Origin: Candidatus Marinacidobacterales bacterium
GTDB lineage: Bacteria > Acidobacteriota > Vicinamibacteria > Marinacidobacterales > DATDRI01
Assembly: GCA_965226495.1 (NCBI GenBank)
Contig: OZ245365.1
Location: 2,144,001-2,208,000 of the forward strand
Reading direction: 5' to 3'
Length of the DNA: 64,000 nt
Made by a program: the position numbers and the translations under genes. Under the pieces are notes generated by a model. It did not search any database and had not been told where the DNA came from. It was given only the letters and a program-made list of their open reading frames with translations. How positions within the stretch are numbered: the stretch's first letter is position 1; each line of letters opens with the position of its first letter. Positions 37,138-47,211 of this stretch are shown in pieces.

Positions 37138-38250
37138 TCATAATAGGCTTGTGAGATCGGTGAAGGGGCGGTCTTGGGATTTGGCGACCGGTTCGCAGGT
37201 CACTTTGCCTTGGTAAACGTTGACGCCTTGGCGGAGTGCCGGGTCCGCCTCTATCGCGGCCCTAAAGCCATCCTGCGCGATTCGCAGGGCGTAGGGGAGT
37301 GTAAGGTTCGTCAAGGCGAACGTAGAGGTTCGCGGTACCGCTCCGGGCATGTTAGCCACGCAATAGTGGAGGACTTCGTCGACGAAGTAGGTCGGGTCAC
37401 TATGTGTGGTGGGATGCGTGGTTTCGATGCACCCCCCTTGATCGACGGCGACGTCCACGATCACCGAACCGCGTTTCATCTGGCGAACCATCTCCCGGGT
37501 GACCAACTTGGGTGCTGACGCACCGGGGACGAGCACTGCCCCCACGACCAGGTCGGCGGAGCGAACTGACTCGAGGATTGTCAGCGGGTTCGACATCAAA
37601 GTCGTGATCAAGCTCGCGAAAATGTCGTCGAGGTACTGCATCTTGGCGTGACTCTTTTCGATGACGGTGACACGCGCCCCCATTCCTACCGCCATCTTCG
37701 CCGCATTCACTCCTACGACTCCGCCCCCGATGATGACCACGTGCGCCGGCGCGACTCCCGGGACACCACCTAGGAGGATTCCTGCTCCACCCTGGTTCTT
37801 CTCTAGGTAGTGCGCTCCCTCTTGAATTGCCATCCGGCCCGCCACCTCGCTCATCGGCGTCAGAAGGGGTAAGGCTCCATCGTCGGTAGCGATGGTTTCG
37901 TAGGCGACCCCAGTGACTTTTCTTGCGAGCAACGCTTCGGTGAGCTTGGGTAAGGGGGCGAGGTGGAGATAGGTAAACAGAATCTGACCATCCCGGAGCT
38001 TGGGTACCTCGGAATCCATAGGCTCTTTGACCTTGATGACCATCTCGACCTCTCGGAAAACGTCGTCCGCTGAGGGAACGATCCGCGCCCCGGCCGCCTC
38101 GTACTCTTCGTTTCCGACTCCGCTTCCGATCCCCGCCCGGTCTTCGACGAGGACCTCGTGTCCAGCCTCGTGGAGTGTCTTGACACCACCCGGTACGAGT
38201 CCGACTCTGTACTCGTTGTCTTTCAGTTCTTTTACGGTTCCGATTCGCAT
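37138..38250 (-). CDS. ald: Alanine dehydrogenase
   Basis: [54 protein letters not shown]. Confidence 0.96.
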   Translation of the reverse strand: MRIGTVKELKDNEYRVGLVPGGVKTLHEAGHEVLVEDRAGIGSGVGNEEYEAAGARIVPSADDVFREVEMVIKVKEPMDSEVPKLRDGQILFTYLHLAPLPKLTEALLARKVTGVAYETIATDDGALPLLTPMSEVAGRMAIQEGAHYLEKNQGGAGILLGGVPGVAPAHVVIIGGGVVGVNAAKMAVGMGARVTVIEKSHAKMQYLDDIFASLITTLMSNPLTILESVRSADLVVGAVLVPGASAPKLVTREMVRQMKRGSVIVDVAVDQGGCIETTHPTTHSDPTYFVDEVLHYCVANMPGAVPRTSTFALTNLTLPYALRIAQDGFRAAIEADPALRQGVNVYQGKVTCEPVAKSQDRPFTDLTSLL

Positions 38251-38335
38251 GTTCGTCTTCTCTGAGGCCTGACGGGCTAGTGCCCTGTGTCAGCAATTCA
38301 ATTCGGCGTCACTTCAAGACGGCCGAGCCGGTCTC

Positions 38336-38842
38336 TTAGCCTCCGCCGGTTTTCTCGGAGGAGCCTGGAGCCGACCCCGCTTGCGATCCCGGCGCAGTTG
38401 GCGCGGGGGCTTCCTTTGCGCCCGAGCGCTCTTCGTTGGCCGTCATCTGACTGGCTCCACGGAAGATGGCTCCTTCGGCGACGGCAATGCGCGGAGCGCG
38501 GAGGTTCCCAAAGACTTTGCCGGTGCGGGTGATCTCGACTTTGTTCTTCGCCGTGCAATCGCCTTCCAATTTTCCGCGGATGGTGACGTTGTCCGCCTCG
38601 ATCTCCGCTTTCACTCGGCCGGCTTCGCCTATCACGACCAACCCGCTGCTCTTGATTTTGCCTTCCACACGGCCCTCGATTTGGACGACCTCACTGGTAT
38701 TCAGCTCGCCGGTGATCACCGTTTCGGCTCCGATGAGGGTTCGGGCTGCAACAGACGGCGGCGTTTGGTCTCTCGTTGGGGAACTTCGAGGACCGGTTGC
38801 TGGATTAGGCTTGTCGGGTTCGGATTTTCCAAACAATCCCAC
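38336..38842 (-). CDS. Bactofilin (polymer-forming cytoskeletal protein)
   Basis: Beta-helix repeats TLIGAETVITGEL...IEGRVEGKI...GRVKAEI...GKVFGNL...EGAIFRG; N-terminal MGLFGK membrane-targeting-like peptide; SD GGAGG. Confidence 0.9.
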   Translation of the reverse strand: MGLFGKSEPDKPNPATGPRSSPTRDQTPPSVAARTLIGAETVITGELNTSEVVQIEGRVEGKIKSSGLVVIGEAGRVKAEIEADNVTIRGKLEGDCTAKNKVEITRTGKVFGNLRAPRIAVAEGAIFRGASQMTANEERSGAKEAPAPTAPGSQAGSAPGSSEKTGGG

Positions 38843-38963
38843 GTTACCTCCTGCAGTTCGGGCTCACGCCGCAGCGCTCAAGAAGGTCCAATCGCTGCAG
38901 CGAATGACGAAGCGAGAAAACGATGTACCGTGGAGGGTGCACCATGCGTTGGTTTCACCACTC

Positions 38964-39038
38964 TGGAGCGGGCGACGGGGTTCGAACCCGCGACCCCAAG
39001 CTTGGGAAGCTTGTGCTCTACCACTGAGCTACGCCCGC
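38964..39038 (-). tRNA. tRNA-Gly (CCC)
   Basis: GCGGGCGTAGCTCAGTGGTAGAGCACAAGCTTCCCAAGCTTGGGGTCGCGGGTTCGAACCCCGTCGCCCGCTCCA: full cloverleaf, anticodon CCC, encoded CCA. Confidence 0.97.
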
Positions 39039-39053
39039 CCCCAAAGCGTAATG

Positions 39054-39083
39054 ATTATAGCGGTGCTCAAATCGGACTGTCAA
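39054..39083 (-). promoter_or_regulatory. Consensus sigma70 promoter of tRNA-Gly
   Basis: Minus strand TTGACA-18 nt-TATAAT, 15 nt upstream of the tRNA. Confidence 0.8.
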
Positions 39084-39107
39084 AGGAACCAACCTTTGTG
39101 CCGCAGG

Positions 39108-40469
39108 CTAGGAGCGGATCACCGCCAACACTTCCTCACGTCGGCGATTCATCTCCGTCAGGTCCAGGGCTTCGAGATTCAAACGCAGTAACGGCTCGGT
39201 GTTGGAGGGCCGGACATTGAAATGCCAACCCGCATATTCGACCGACAGTCCATCCAGCTTGTAGATGCGACCATCCGCGTATTGCGACTCGAGCTTGGCC
39301 AGGACTGCGGGCACGTCACGGACCTCGGAGTTAACCTCCCCGGTGATGAAATACTTCTCACGAAGTGGGGCGAGAAGCTCGGAGAGTTTCTTCCCCTTCT
39401 TGGAGATCAGCTCCAAGATGAGTAGCGCCGGTATCATGCCGTTGTCGGCGAAGTAGTTCTCGCGAAAATAGAAGTGGCCACTGATCTCGCCTCCGAAGAC
39501 AGCGTTCTCTTCTCTCATCCTCTTCTTGATAAAGGCATGCCCCACGCGATTCATCAAGGCACTTCCTCCGAGCCTTTCTACCGTGTCCCTCACCGCCCAG
39601 CTCGCTCGGGCGTCATAGATGATGGTGGCGCCCGGCTCTTTCAACAGAAACGCCTCGCCCAAGAGAGCGGTGAGGAAATCCCCGGGGACGAACTCTCCTA
39701 GGTCGTCGATGAAAAAACAGCGATCTCCATCTCCATCCCATGCGATCCCGAGGTCTGCCCCTTCGGCGCGAACTCTCTCGATGATTTCGCGGCGGTTTTC
39801 CTCTACCAGCGGGTTCGCTTCGTGGTTAGGAAAATTGCCGTCCGGTTCGAAATACATGTCGACCCGTTCAAGGGGGAGGTCAGCGAAGACGTCCGGGGCG
39901 ATCGCACCCGCCATGCCGTTGGCGGCGTCCATCACCACGCTCAATGGTCGAATAGCGTCCGGATCGATAAAGTTTCGAACATGCTTGACGTAATCGGGGA
40001 GAACGTTCTTCTCGACGCGCTCTCCCCCGGTCTTATCCGGCAGCTTGCGACCAGACAGAATCCACTCCTTGATCTCCTTGATTCCCGCATCGCCGGAGAG
40101 CGCGAGGGCACCTTCACGGACTAGCTTGAATCCGTTGTACTGTTTCGGATTGTGAGAGGCGGTGACCATGGCTCCACCCGAAAGGTCGAAGTGGGGCACC
40201 GCAAAATAGAGCATGTCAGTAGTCGTCATGCCGATGTCTAAGACCTTGGCGCCGCCCGCCATGGCGCCTTCGCACAAGGCTTTCGCGAACTCCGGTGAGG
40301 AGTCTCGCATGTCACGCCCGACGGCAATCGACTCCGCCCCCAAATAGTCGATAAGGCCTCGGCCAATCTTTTGCGCCAACCTTGGCCCCAACTCATCGGG
40401 TACGATTCCGCGGATGTCATAGGCCTTGAAGACACCGGGTTCTACGGATTCTTCTTCCACGTGTCTCAT
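39108..40469 (-). CDS. Phosphomannomutase/phosphoglucomutase
   Basis: FKAYDIRG, TASHNP (phospho-Ser), DGDGDR, GEISGH, VRPSNTEP. Confidence 0.95.
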   Translation of the reverse strand: MRHVEEESVEPGVFKAYDIRGIVPDELGPRLAQKIGRGLIDYLGAESIAVGRDMRDSSPEFAKALCEGAMAGGAKVLDIGMTTTDMLYFAVPHFDLSGGAMVTASHNPKQYNGFKLVREGALALSGDAGIKEIKEWILSGRKLPDKTGGERVEKNVLPDYVKHVRNFIDPDAIRPLSVVMDAANGMAGAIAPDVFADLPLERVDMYFEPDGNFPNHEANPLVEENRREIIERVRAEGADLGIAWDGDGDRCFFIDDLGEFVPGDFLTALLGEAFLLKEPGATIIYDARASWAVRDTVERLGGSALMNRVGHAFIKKRMREENAVFGGEISGHFYFRENYFADNGMIPALLILELISKKGKKLSELLAPLREKYFITGEVNSEVRDVPAVLAKLESQYADGRIYKLDGLSVEYAGWHFNVRPSNTEPLLRLNLEALDLTEMNRRREEVLAVIRS

Positions 40470-41533
40470 CCCTCCGGTTGACCGAGCCGACTGAAATCGG
40501 CGACCACCGACTTATCTCCCAAGACGATGCCTCGACCGACGACGGCGTGCCTCCCGATATGAGTGTTTCTGCCGATCAAGGCGCCGTGCACGCGTGCTTC
40601 CTCCCCCACGCGGACGTTGGGCCAGAGGACCGAGTCGGCCACGGTTGCCCCCTCCTCGATGCGACAGTTGTTTCCGACGACGGCGAAGGGCTCGATTCGA
40701 GCGCCCGGCTTTACCGTCGTGCCGGCTCCGACAAACGCAGGCCCGGAGATCTTGGAGTTACCATCCACCGAAGCGGTAGGGTCGATGTAAACGCCTCCCT
40801 GCTTTCCGTCGAACCCCTTTAGCTTGGCTTCGCCGCTCAAGAGGTCCTCGTGCGCTTTTAAGTACTTCTCGGGAGTGCCGACGTCGATCCAGTAGCCGCG
40901 GTGAACATAGGCATAAAAGGGAACTTTCTCTCGTAGGAACGCGGGAAAGACGCCTCTCTCGAAAGAGTAGTTCTTGCCCGGCGGTATATGGGCAAGCGTT
41001 TCCGGTTCCAGAATGTAGATGCCGGCGTTGATCGTGTCGCACGTGATCTCATCATAGCTGGGCTTCTCGAGAAAACGTCGCACGCGTCCATCTTCCTCCA
41101 GCTCCACCAAGCCATAGGCGGCGGGGTTCTCGACCGGGGTCAGTACGATCGTGGCCTTGGCTCCGGTCGCTTGGTGTTGCGCAATAACCGCGGGCAGGTC
41201 CACATCGCTCAGTACATCTCCGTTGAAGACGATCGTGGTGCTACCCAAAAACGGCTCCGCCTTCTTTACGGCTCCCGCAGTTCCCAGTGGCTCGGATTCA
41301 ACGGTATAGATAATCTTGACCCCGAGGTCGCTTCCGTCACCGAAGATTTTCTCGATTCTCCGTGGCTGGTACGACAAGGAAAGCACGATCTCTGAGATCT
41401 CAGAGTGGCGTAAGACATCGATCTGAAACGAAAGGAATGGTCGGTCGAGGATCGGTACGATGGGTTTCGGCGTGTGCAGTGTCAGAGGGCGCAAACGGGT
41501 GCCCTTCCCCCCGGCGAGGATTACCGCCTTCAT
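40466..41533 (-). CDS. NDP-sugar synthase (mannose-1-phosphate guanylyltransferase-like)
   Basis: LAGGKGTRLRPLT..TPKP, EPLGTAG, FLEKP, INAGIY, WIDVGT, C-terminal left-handed beta-helix. Confidence 0.9.
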   Translation of the reverse strand: MKAVILAGGKGTRLRPLTLHTPKPIVPILDRPFLSFQIDVLRHSEISEIVLSLSYQPRRIEKIFGDGSDLGVKIIYTVESEPLGTAGAVKKAEPFLGSTTIVFNGDVLSDVDLPAVIAQHQATGAKATIVLTPVENPAAYGLVELEEDGRVRRFLEKPSYDEITCDTINAGIYILEPETLAHIPPGKNYSFERGVFPAFLREKVPFYAYVHRGYWIDVGTPEKYLKAHEDLLSGEAKLKGFDGKQGGVYIDPTASVDGNSKISGPAFVGAGTTVKPGARIEPFAVVGNNCRIEEGATVADSVLWPNVRVGEEARVHGALIGRNTHIGRHAVVGRGIVLGDKSVVADFSRLGQPEG

Positions 41534-41711
41534 AGCCTGCCTGTCGGGAGACTGCTGTTGTTCATGGGGCCCCTTTTCAGCCGTCGCATCGTGACTACGG
41601 ATCGTACCTTTGGTGCTGGAACGGCCCGGAAGCGTAGCACGTGGTCGCCGAGCCTTTCAAGCTCCGCGACACTAAGCGCTTCAAATGCTATAGTATAGAT
41701 TGACAGCTTCA

Positions 41712-41788
41712 GGGGAATTTCGAGGACAGGTTATTTAATTCAGCTCCGCAACGAACTCGAATCAAATAACCTGTCCCCGAAATTCCCC
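41712..41788. repeat. 25-bp inverted repeat (REP/MITE-like)
   Basis: GGGGAATTTCGAGGACAGGTTATTT (41712-41736) pairs with AAATAACCTGTCCCCGAAATTCCCC (41764-41788) at 24/25 positions, with a 27-nt loop. Confidence 0.85.
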
Positions 41789-41815
41789 GCAAGATTTGCC
41801 CCTGCTAAGAAGAAT

Positions 41816-43126
41816 GTGAGTTCAATGAAGGCTCAGGCCCTAAGGCAGAAGATTGGAGATAAGACGGTCCGCTTGGCTACGGTGGGCCTGGGGTACGTGG
41901 GTCTACCGCTGTCGGTGGAGTTCGCGAGCGCCGGAGTTCGCGTCGTCGGCATCGACATCGATGGCGAAAAAGTCGATGCGGTTCAACGCGGAGAGTCCTA
42001 CGTCCGGGACGTCCCCTCCGAATCCGTAGCCAAACTGGTGAGCGAAGGGAGGCTCTCCGCCACGATCGATTTCGATGTGCTCAGCGACCAGGACGCGGTC
42101 ATCATTTGCGTTCCGACGCCCCTATCGAAAACGAAGGATCCGGATCTCTCGTTGGTGGTCAATGCGAGTCGCGAGATCGCCAAGAGACTCCGCGACGGCC
42201 AGCTGGTGGTGCTGGAAAGCACGACTTACCCGGGTACGACGGAAGAGTTGATACTTCCGAGCCTCCGAGAAAGTGGTTTGGAAGTAGGGAAGGGCTTCTT
42301 TCTCGCGTTTTCTCCGGAGCGCGTAGATCCTGGGAACACTCGTTGGAATACGCGCAACACGCCCAAGATCATCGGGGGCATGACGCCGAGCTGTCTCGAA
42401 ATGGCGTGCGCGCTGTACGAGCACGCGGTGGACCAAGTGATCCCGGTGTCCTCGACGCGCAGCGCGGAAATGGTAAAGCTCTTGGAGAACACCTTCCGAA
42501 GCGTCAACATCGGCCTGGTTAACGAAGTGGCTCTTATGTGCGATCGTTTGGGCGTGAATGTTTGGGAAGTCATCGATGCCGCGGCCACCAAGCCGTTCGG
42601 CTTCATGCCGTTTTACCCGGGACCTGGGTTGGGTGGTCATTGCATTCCCATCGATCCTTTCTACCTTTCCTGGAAGCTGAAGACCTTGAACTACCGTGCC
42701 CGGTTCATCGAACTGGCGGGGGAGATAAACTCCGGTATGCCGTATTACGTCGTTAGCAAAATTCAGGATGCATTGAACGAAGGAAAAAAGAGCGTGAAGG
42801 GCTCTCACATCCTCATCCTCGGCATGTCCTATAAGAAGGATGTCGATGATATTCGGGAATCCCCCGGTCTGGATATTCTCAGAATTCTGGAGCAGAAGGG
42901 GGCGCGGGTGGTCTATCATGATCCGCTAGTGGCCGAGCTCGAGATGGATGGCAAGACCTATCGCTCAGTGGCACTTGCTGATGCGCTCGACTCGACTGAC
43001 TGCGCCGTCATCGTGACCGAACACTCTTCATTTGACATGGAGACCATCGTGGCTCAGGCTCCACTGGTGATCGATACGCGGAATGCAACCAAGCATCTGC
43101 GTTCGGAAAAAATCCTGAAGATCTGA
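41816..43126 (+). CDS. Nucleotide-sugar dehydrogenase (UDP-GlcNAc/ManNAc 6-dehydrogenase type)
   Basis: GLGYVGLP, ICVPTP, ESTTYPG, FSPER, KLLENTFR, GGHCIP, YKKDVDDIRESP. Confidence 0.93.
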   Translation: MSSMKAQALRQKIGDKTVRLATVGLGYVGLPLSVEFASAGVRVVGIDIDGEKVDAVQRGESYVRDVPSESVAKLVSEGRLSATIDFDVLSDQDAVIICVPTPLSKTKDPDLSLVVNASREIAKRLRDGQLVVLESTTYPGTTEELILPSLRESGLEVGKGFFLAFSPERVDPGNTRWNTRNTPKIIGGMTPSCLEMACALYEHAVDQVIPVSSTRSAEMVKLLENTFRSVNIGLVNEVALMCDRLGVNVWEVIDAAATKPFGFMPFYPGPGLGGHCIPIDPFYLSWKLKTLNYRARFIELAGEINSGMPYYVVSKIQDALNEGKKSVKGSHILILGMSYKKDVDDIRESPGLDILRILEQKGARVVYHDPLVAELEMDGKTYRSVALADALDSTDCAVIVTEHSSFDMETIVAQAPLVIDTRNATKHLRSEKILKI

Positions 43127-43160
43127 GCCTCCGGAGTTCAAGGACGCTCTAGCGTGAGTC

Positions 43161-43727
43161 ATGACGCTTCCGAATCTACCCAACTCCCTGACCTTCAGTC
43201 GTATCTTTCTGGTGCCATTGCTGGTCGTCGTCTTGCTCACCCGCACCGAGCGTTGGGAGATCATCGGCGGTCTGATCGTCGCGGTGGCGGCCTTTACCGA
43301 TTGGCTGGATGGTTTCCTGGCGCGCCGCCGAGGTCAGGTCACGACCCTCGGCATCATGTTGGATCCCATCGCGGACAAACTTCTGGTCTCGGCGGCTTTC
43401 ATCAGCTTGGTGCAGATAGATCTCGCTCCCGCTTGGATGGTGGTCGTGATCGTCGGCCGCGAGTTCGCGGTGTCCGGGCTCAGAAGTATCGCCATCTCCC
43501 GAGGCATTACCATTCCGGCAAGTGGGTTGGGCAAGGGCAAGATGTTGACTCAAGTCGTTGCCATTCTGCTGCTGATCCTTGGTAAGAAGTTCCTCGGTCC
43601 TTTTTACTACCTCGGCGAAGTGTCGCTTTGGGTAGCAGTGGGTTTGGCATTGATCTCGGGTGTGGATTACTTCCTCCGCTTCTATCGAAAGGTCGGAGGG
43701 GAGATTCCCAACGGCAGCGACGCATGA
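43161..43727 (+). CDS. pgsA: CDP-diacylglycerol--glycerol-3-phosphate 3-phosphatidyltransferase
   Basis: NLPNSLT, TDWLDGFLARR...G..LDPIADK, GREFAVSGLR, GKGK. Confidence 0.93.
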   Translation: MTLPNLPNSLTFSRIFLVPLLVVVLLTRTERWEIIGGLIVAVAAFTDWLDGFLARRRGQVTTLGIMLDPIADKLLVSAAFISLVQIDLAPAWMVVVIVGREFAVSGLRSIAISRGITIPASGLGKGKMLTQVVAILLLILGKKFLGPFYYLGEVSLWVAVGLALISGVDYFLRFYRKVGGEIPNGSDA

Positions 43728-44155
43728 AACCTAGGGACACCCCTTCCGCCCGTGAGGCCGGGGGCCGCCGCGGTTCGAATCGTTTCCGCCTCATCGACGA
43801 AATACCGGTCGTGTATTTAGGGCCGGATGCCCTCGGCGCTCTGAATCGGGGGAGGGGTGTCTTGCTCGGCGCACAACGGCCCGGATGGGTCGATGCTCTT
43901 TTCTTTGACGCGGCGCACAACGGGGACTGGAAGGCACTCGTCGATCGTCGCTTCCGCGGTGGCGGCGACTTGGAGCCGGTTGGGATCGTCGTCTCTCGCG
44001 CCGATTTCCTTCGTCTCAGCGAGAGTCTTTCACGGGAGCTGGTCCCTGGCGACGTGGTCCTCGCGATCGCGGGCAAAAAAGGAAAACCCGCGGCCTATGT
44101 GAACCGCGGGGATGTCCTCGCTCCAGCACGCCTGAAGATCTCAGGCGTGAAGTGA
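43724..44155 (+). CDS. Hypothetical protein, possibly a degenerate JAB/MPN fold
   Basis: ATGA overlap with pgsA; GVLLG...GDLEPVG...P..V.LAI...AY spacing recalls MPN but lacks HxHx7Sx2D. Confidence 0.55.
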   Translation: MKPRDTPSAREAGGRRGSNRFRLIDEIPVVYLGPDALGALNRGRGVLLGAQRPGWVDALFFDAAHNGDWKALVDRRFRGGGDLEPVGIVVSRADFLRLSESLSRELVPGDVVLAIAGKKGKPAAYVNRGDVLAPARLKISGVK

Positions 44156-44162
44156 CTTCGAG

Positions 44163-45293
44163 TTACTTCAGCTCGACGAGGTCGCCCCTCTCCATGTAGT
44201 TATAGCTGAGAGTTATCAGCGCCGTTGAGGTCTTGGGATGAACGGTCAGCACCGCCAGCTCTCCCAGCACCTTCCTTGGTGTTCGGGAGGTGTTGAAGCG
44301 AAAGACGGTGAAGATCGAACCAGGAATGACACCGTCGTTCTCGCCTTGGTCGATACTGACCAAGTATCCACGGCCTAGGCTTCCGATCTCCCGAACGTCG
44401 TCCAAAGAGGCGATGATTGTCCCGCGATTCTGGCCGGTCTCAGGAGTTAGTCGGGTGACGGGTTCCTGGAAGGGTACGAGTGGAACGGGTATCGGCTCGA
44501 AGGGGACCAGGTAATGCCCCTCGAGAATATCGCGGCAGGAGCCGATGATTTGGGCGGTAGCGGTCTGCGACTGGACCGCGAGTACAGTTAGCCATCCCGT
44601 CGTATTGATGAGCCATCCGTGCCCGCCGATCTTCCGGACGCGATCCCTGATGTAGTACTCGTCTCCAGCCTTGATCCCGTCCTCTTGTCCACGATTGAGG
44701 TAGATGATATCGGTTTCACTGACGGCGATGTGGACCTTGAAGGTATCCTCGGACTCGAAAATTCGGAACCCCTCGTCTTCTTTCTCGGACACGAAGCCAG
44801 CGCACTGGATCGATTCTTCCTCGAAAATGGGGAATAGGTTGGGGGCCCCTCGGACCACTCCCGTTGCTCCTGCTTCACCCTCGGCGCCGGACGTTCCGTC
44901 TGGACCGCCCGCACCGGGTTCCTCATCCGCGGCGCGTAGCACGTCGAGATCGGGAATGACGAGCGGATCGCCTGGATAGATCCAGTGGGGGTCGGTGATG
45001 TAACGGTTGGCTTCCCAGAGTTGGGGCCACAGAAAGGGATTCTCCTGATACGTATTGGAGAGGTCCCAAAGCGTGTCACCCTTGACGATGATGTGGAGCC
45101 TCGTGCCTTCCGGGAAACTGTTCGGAGCTTGGTAGGGAGACCAGTGAGGAGGGATGACGATCTCACCTCCCTCTGATGCCTGATCGGGGGATTGCTCTGC
45201 CCAGGCCAGCCCACCACTGACCAGAATCGCCATGCCCCAAGTGCTAATCCGCGACGGTCGGGTCCTCACGATATACCTCCACTGGGATTTCAA
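44163..45293 (-). CDS. LysM peptidoglycan-binding protein
   Basis: HIIVKGDTLWDLS...PFLWPQLWEANRYITDPHWIYPGDPLVIP; signal-like N-terminus. Confidence 0.88.
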   Translation of the reverse strand: MKSQWRYIVRTRPSRISTWGMAILVSGGLAWAEQSPDQASEGGEIVIPPHWSPYQAPNSFPEGTRLHIIVKGDTLWDLSNTYQENPFLWPQLWEANRYITDPHWIYPGDPLVIPDLDVLRAADEEPGAGGPDGTSGAEGEAGATGVVRGAPNLFPIFEEESIQCAGFVSEKEDEGFRIFESEDTFKVHIAVSETDIIYLNRGQEDGIKAGDEYYIRDRVRKIGGHGWLINTTGWLTVLAVQSQTATAQIIGSCRDILEGHYLVPFEPIPVPLVPFQEPVTRLTPETGQNRGTIIASLDDVREIGSLGRGYLVSIDQGENDGVIPGSIFTVFRFNTSRTPRKVLGELAVLTVHPKTSTALITLSYNYMERGDLVELK

Positions 45294-45310
45294 ACCGGAT
45301 CTTATTTACT

Positions 45311-45340
45311 ACGGTAGCAGCTAGATATCCGTGGTGTCAA
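45311..45340 (-). promoter_or_regulatory. Sigma70-type promoter of the LysM gene
   Basis: Minus strand TTGACA-18 nt-TACCGT with TGn. Confidence 0.5.
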
Positions 45341-45401
45341 GAGGTATTTCCATGAAACCTTAAAGTTGTACTTGAAGGTTGGGATGGGCGAAGCGCCTGA
45401 A

Positions 45402-46223
45402 TCATGGAATCTTTGGGCCCTCGTCGGCCTTGGCCTGGAGGGCTCCCAAACGCTTTTCCGCGTCGTCCTTGAAGTCACTCGAGGGGTAGTTATCGATGAG
45501 CTCCTTGTAGTAGGGCATGGCTTGCACGGGAGCGCCGCACTTAATGTGGGCCTCCCCCAAGGCCCAGTACACCTCGTCGATCCGGCTGAAGGTCGGATAG
45601 TTCTCCAAGACGCCCTTGAGGCGAGCGATCGAGCCCCGGCAGTGTTTACGGACCTTCATGTAGAACCGACCGATGCGATATTCGTGGTCGGCCAAGGTCT
45701 CGTTGCAGTCCACGAGCAGCTCGCGGCCCGTCTCTGCGTAGGGGCTAGAGGGGTACAGATCGATGAGCTTTTCGAGCTCTTCGACGGCGGTTCGAGTCGG
45801 GTCCTGGTCCCGGTCGGCGCTGCGCTTTTGTCGATAGTAGGCGTAGGCGATCTGGTACTGGACGTAGTCGGCGCGAGGGTGATTGGGGAAGAAGGTGAGT
45901 ACATCACGGTACTCTGCGATCGACAGCACGATGTTTCCAAGCCCCTTCTGATAGAAATAGGAGTCTGCGATACCGACCCGAGCGTCGCCGACGTACTGGC
46001 TCCTCGGGAATGTGTCGATCAGCTGTTGGAAGTAGCCGCGCGCTTCGTCCCAGTGTTTTTCCTCTAATTGGTTCTGGCCGAGCTCCAGGAGCATCTGATC
46101 GCCCCCGGCGTCGGAAGAGAAGTCACGAACCACTGTTTTGCTGCCGCAGGAAATCGAAATCGCCAGACACGCGAGGATCGCCGCCAACTTGATGCTTGTC
46201 ACTCTTGGTTCCGTTCGGGCCAT
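45402..46223 (-). CDS. bamD: Outer membrane protein assembly lipoprotein BamD
   Basis: Lipobox-like ISISC, TPR helices, RDQDPTR..A, YPSSPY, HEYRIGRFY. Confidence 0.88.
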   Translation of the reverse strand: MARTEPRVTSIKLAAILACLAISISCGSKTVVRDFSSDAGGDQMLLELGQNQLEEKHWDEARGYFQQLIDTFPRSQYVGDARVGIADSYFYQKGLGNIVLSIAEYRDVLTFFPNHPRADYVQYQIAYAYYRQKRSADRDQDPTRTAVEELEKLIDLYPSSPYAETGRELLVDCNETLADHEYRIGRFYMKVRKHCRGSIARLKGVLENYPTFSRIDEVYWALGEAHIKCGAPVQAMPYYKELIDNYPSSDFKDDAEKRLGALQAKADEGPKIP

Positions 46224-46239
46224 TGGTAGTCAACCGAAA

Positions 46240-47211
46240 TTATAGCCCAGCGGCTCCCGTGCCGCCCTGCTTGGCAATGGCGGTTCTCAGCCATTTCCAC
46301 TCCTCTTCCAGTCCATCCCGCAGCGTGACCTTGGGCTGGTAGCCCAGATCGTTTCGCGCCGCGGTCGTGTCGGCATAGGTATCTCGCATGTCGCCTTTTT
46401 GGTTGGGCTCTCGGCGAAGGCGAAACTTCGTGCCGGTGAGCTTCTCGATCTCCTCGATGACCTCGAGGAGGGATACGCGCGAGCCGCCGCCGATGTTGTA
46501 AACGCTACCGGGACGCCCTCGTTGCGCGGCAGCCAAGGTGGCTTCTACCGCGTCGCTCACATAGGTGAAATCGCGCGTCTGCTGGCCGTCACCGAAGAGA
46601 TGAAACTCCTCTCCGTCGAGGGCGTTTCGAAACAGACGGTGAAACGCCATGTCCGGACGCTGGCGTGGCCCATAGACCGTAAAGTATCGCAGGCCCATGG
46701 TGGGGACTGAGTGGTTCACGCAATAGAGGTAGCACAGTTTTTCGACCGCAAGCTTGGATACCCCATAGGGTGAGAGCGGATGCAACGGGACCGACTCCCG
46801 CATCGGGAGCTCCGCGGCATCACCATAGACGGAGGAGGAAGACGCGTAGACAAAGGCCTTCACCGGTTCCTTAACCGCCGCCTCGAGAAGGCGCTGGGTC
46901 GCCAAGATATTGTTATCGGTATAGACCGAAAATTCCTTTCCCCAGCTAGCTCGGACCCCCGCTTGGGCAGCCAAGTGGTAGACCACATCTACTCTTGCTA
47001 ATAGGGGCTCGAGCTCCATCTCCTGAAGCGGTGTTTCGATTAGCTCGAAGCGCGGCGAACGGGTGAGCGATTCGAGGTTCTTCTGCTTGATCTCTCGAGG
47101 GTAATAGTCGATGAAAGAATCGACCCCAATAACGTTTTCCCCCTGGGCGGTGAGCGCCTCCGCCAAATGGGAGCCAATGAAGCCGGCAACACCGGTGACC
47201 ACAACGTTCAA
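46240..47211 (-). CDS. NAD-dependent nucleotide-sugar epimerase/dehydratase
   Basis: TGVAGFIGSH, HLAAQAGVR, SSSSVYG, YGVSK, RYFTVYGPRQRPDMA. Confidence 0.92.
   Translation of the reverse strand: MNVVVTGVAGFIGSHLAEALTAQGENVIGVDSFIDYYPREIKQKNLESLTRSPRFELIETPLQEMELEPLLARVDVVYHLAAQAGVRASWGKEFSVYTDNNILATQRLLEAAVKEPVKAFVYASSSSVYGDAAELPMRESVPLHPLSPYGVSKLAVEKLCYLYCVNHSVPTMGLRYFTVYGPRQRPDMAFHRLFRNALDGEEFHLFGDGQQTRDFTYVSDAVEATLAAAQRGRPGSVYNIGGGSRVSLLEVIEEIEKLTGTKFRLRREPNQKGDMRDTYADTTAARNDLGYQPKVTLRDGLEEEWKWLRTAIAKQGGTGAAGL

Noticed and set aside
38964-39038. tRNA-Gly as an island integration site
   Set aside because: No integrase and no duplicated tRNA 3' end seen; the flanks are core genes.
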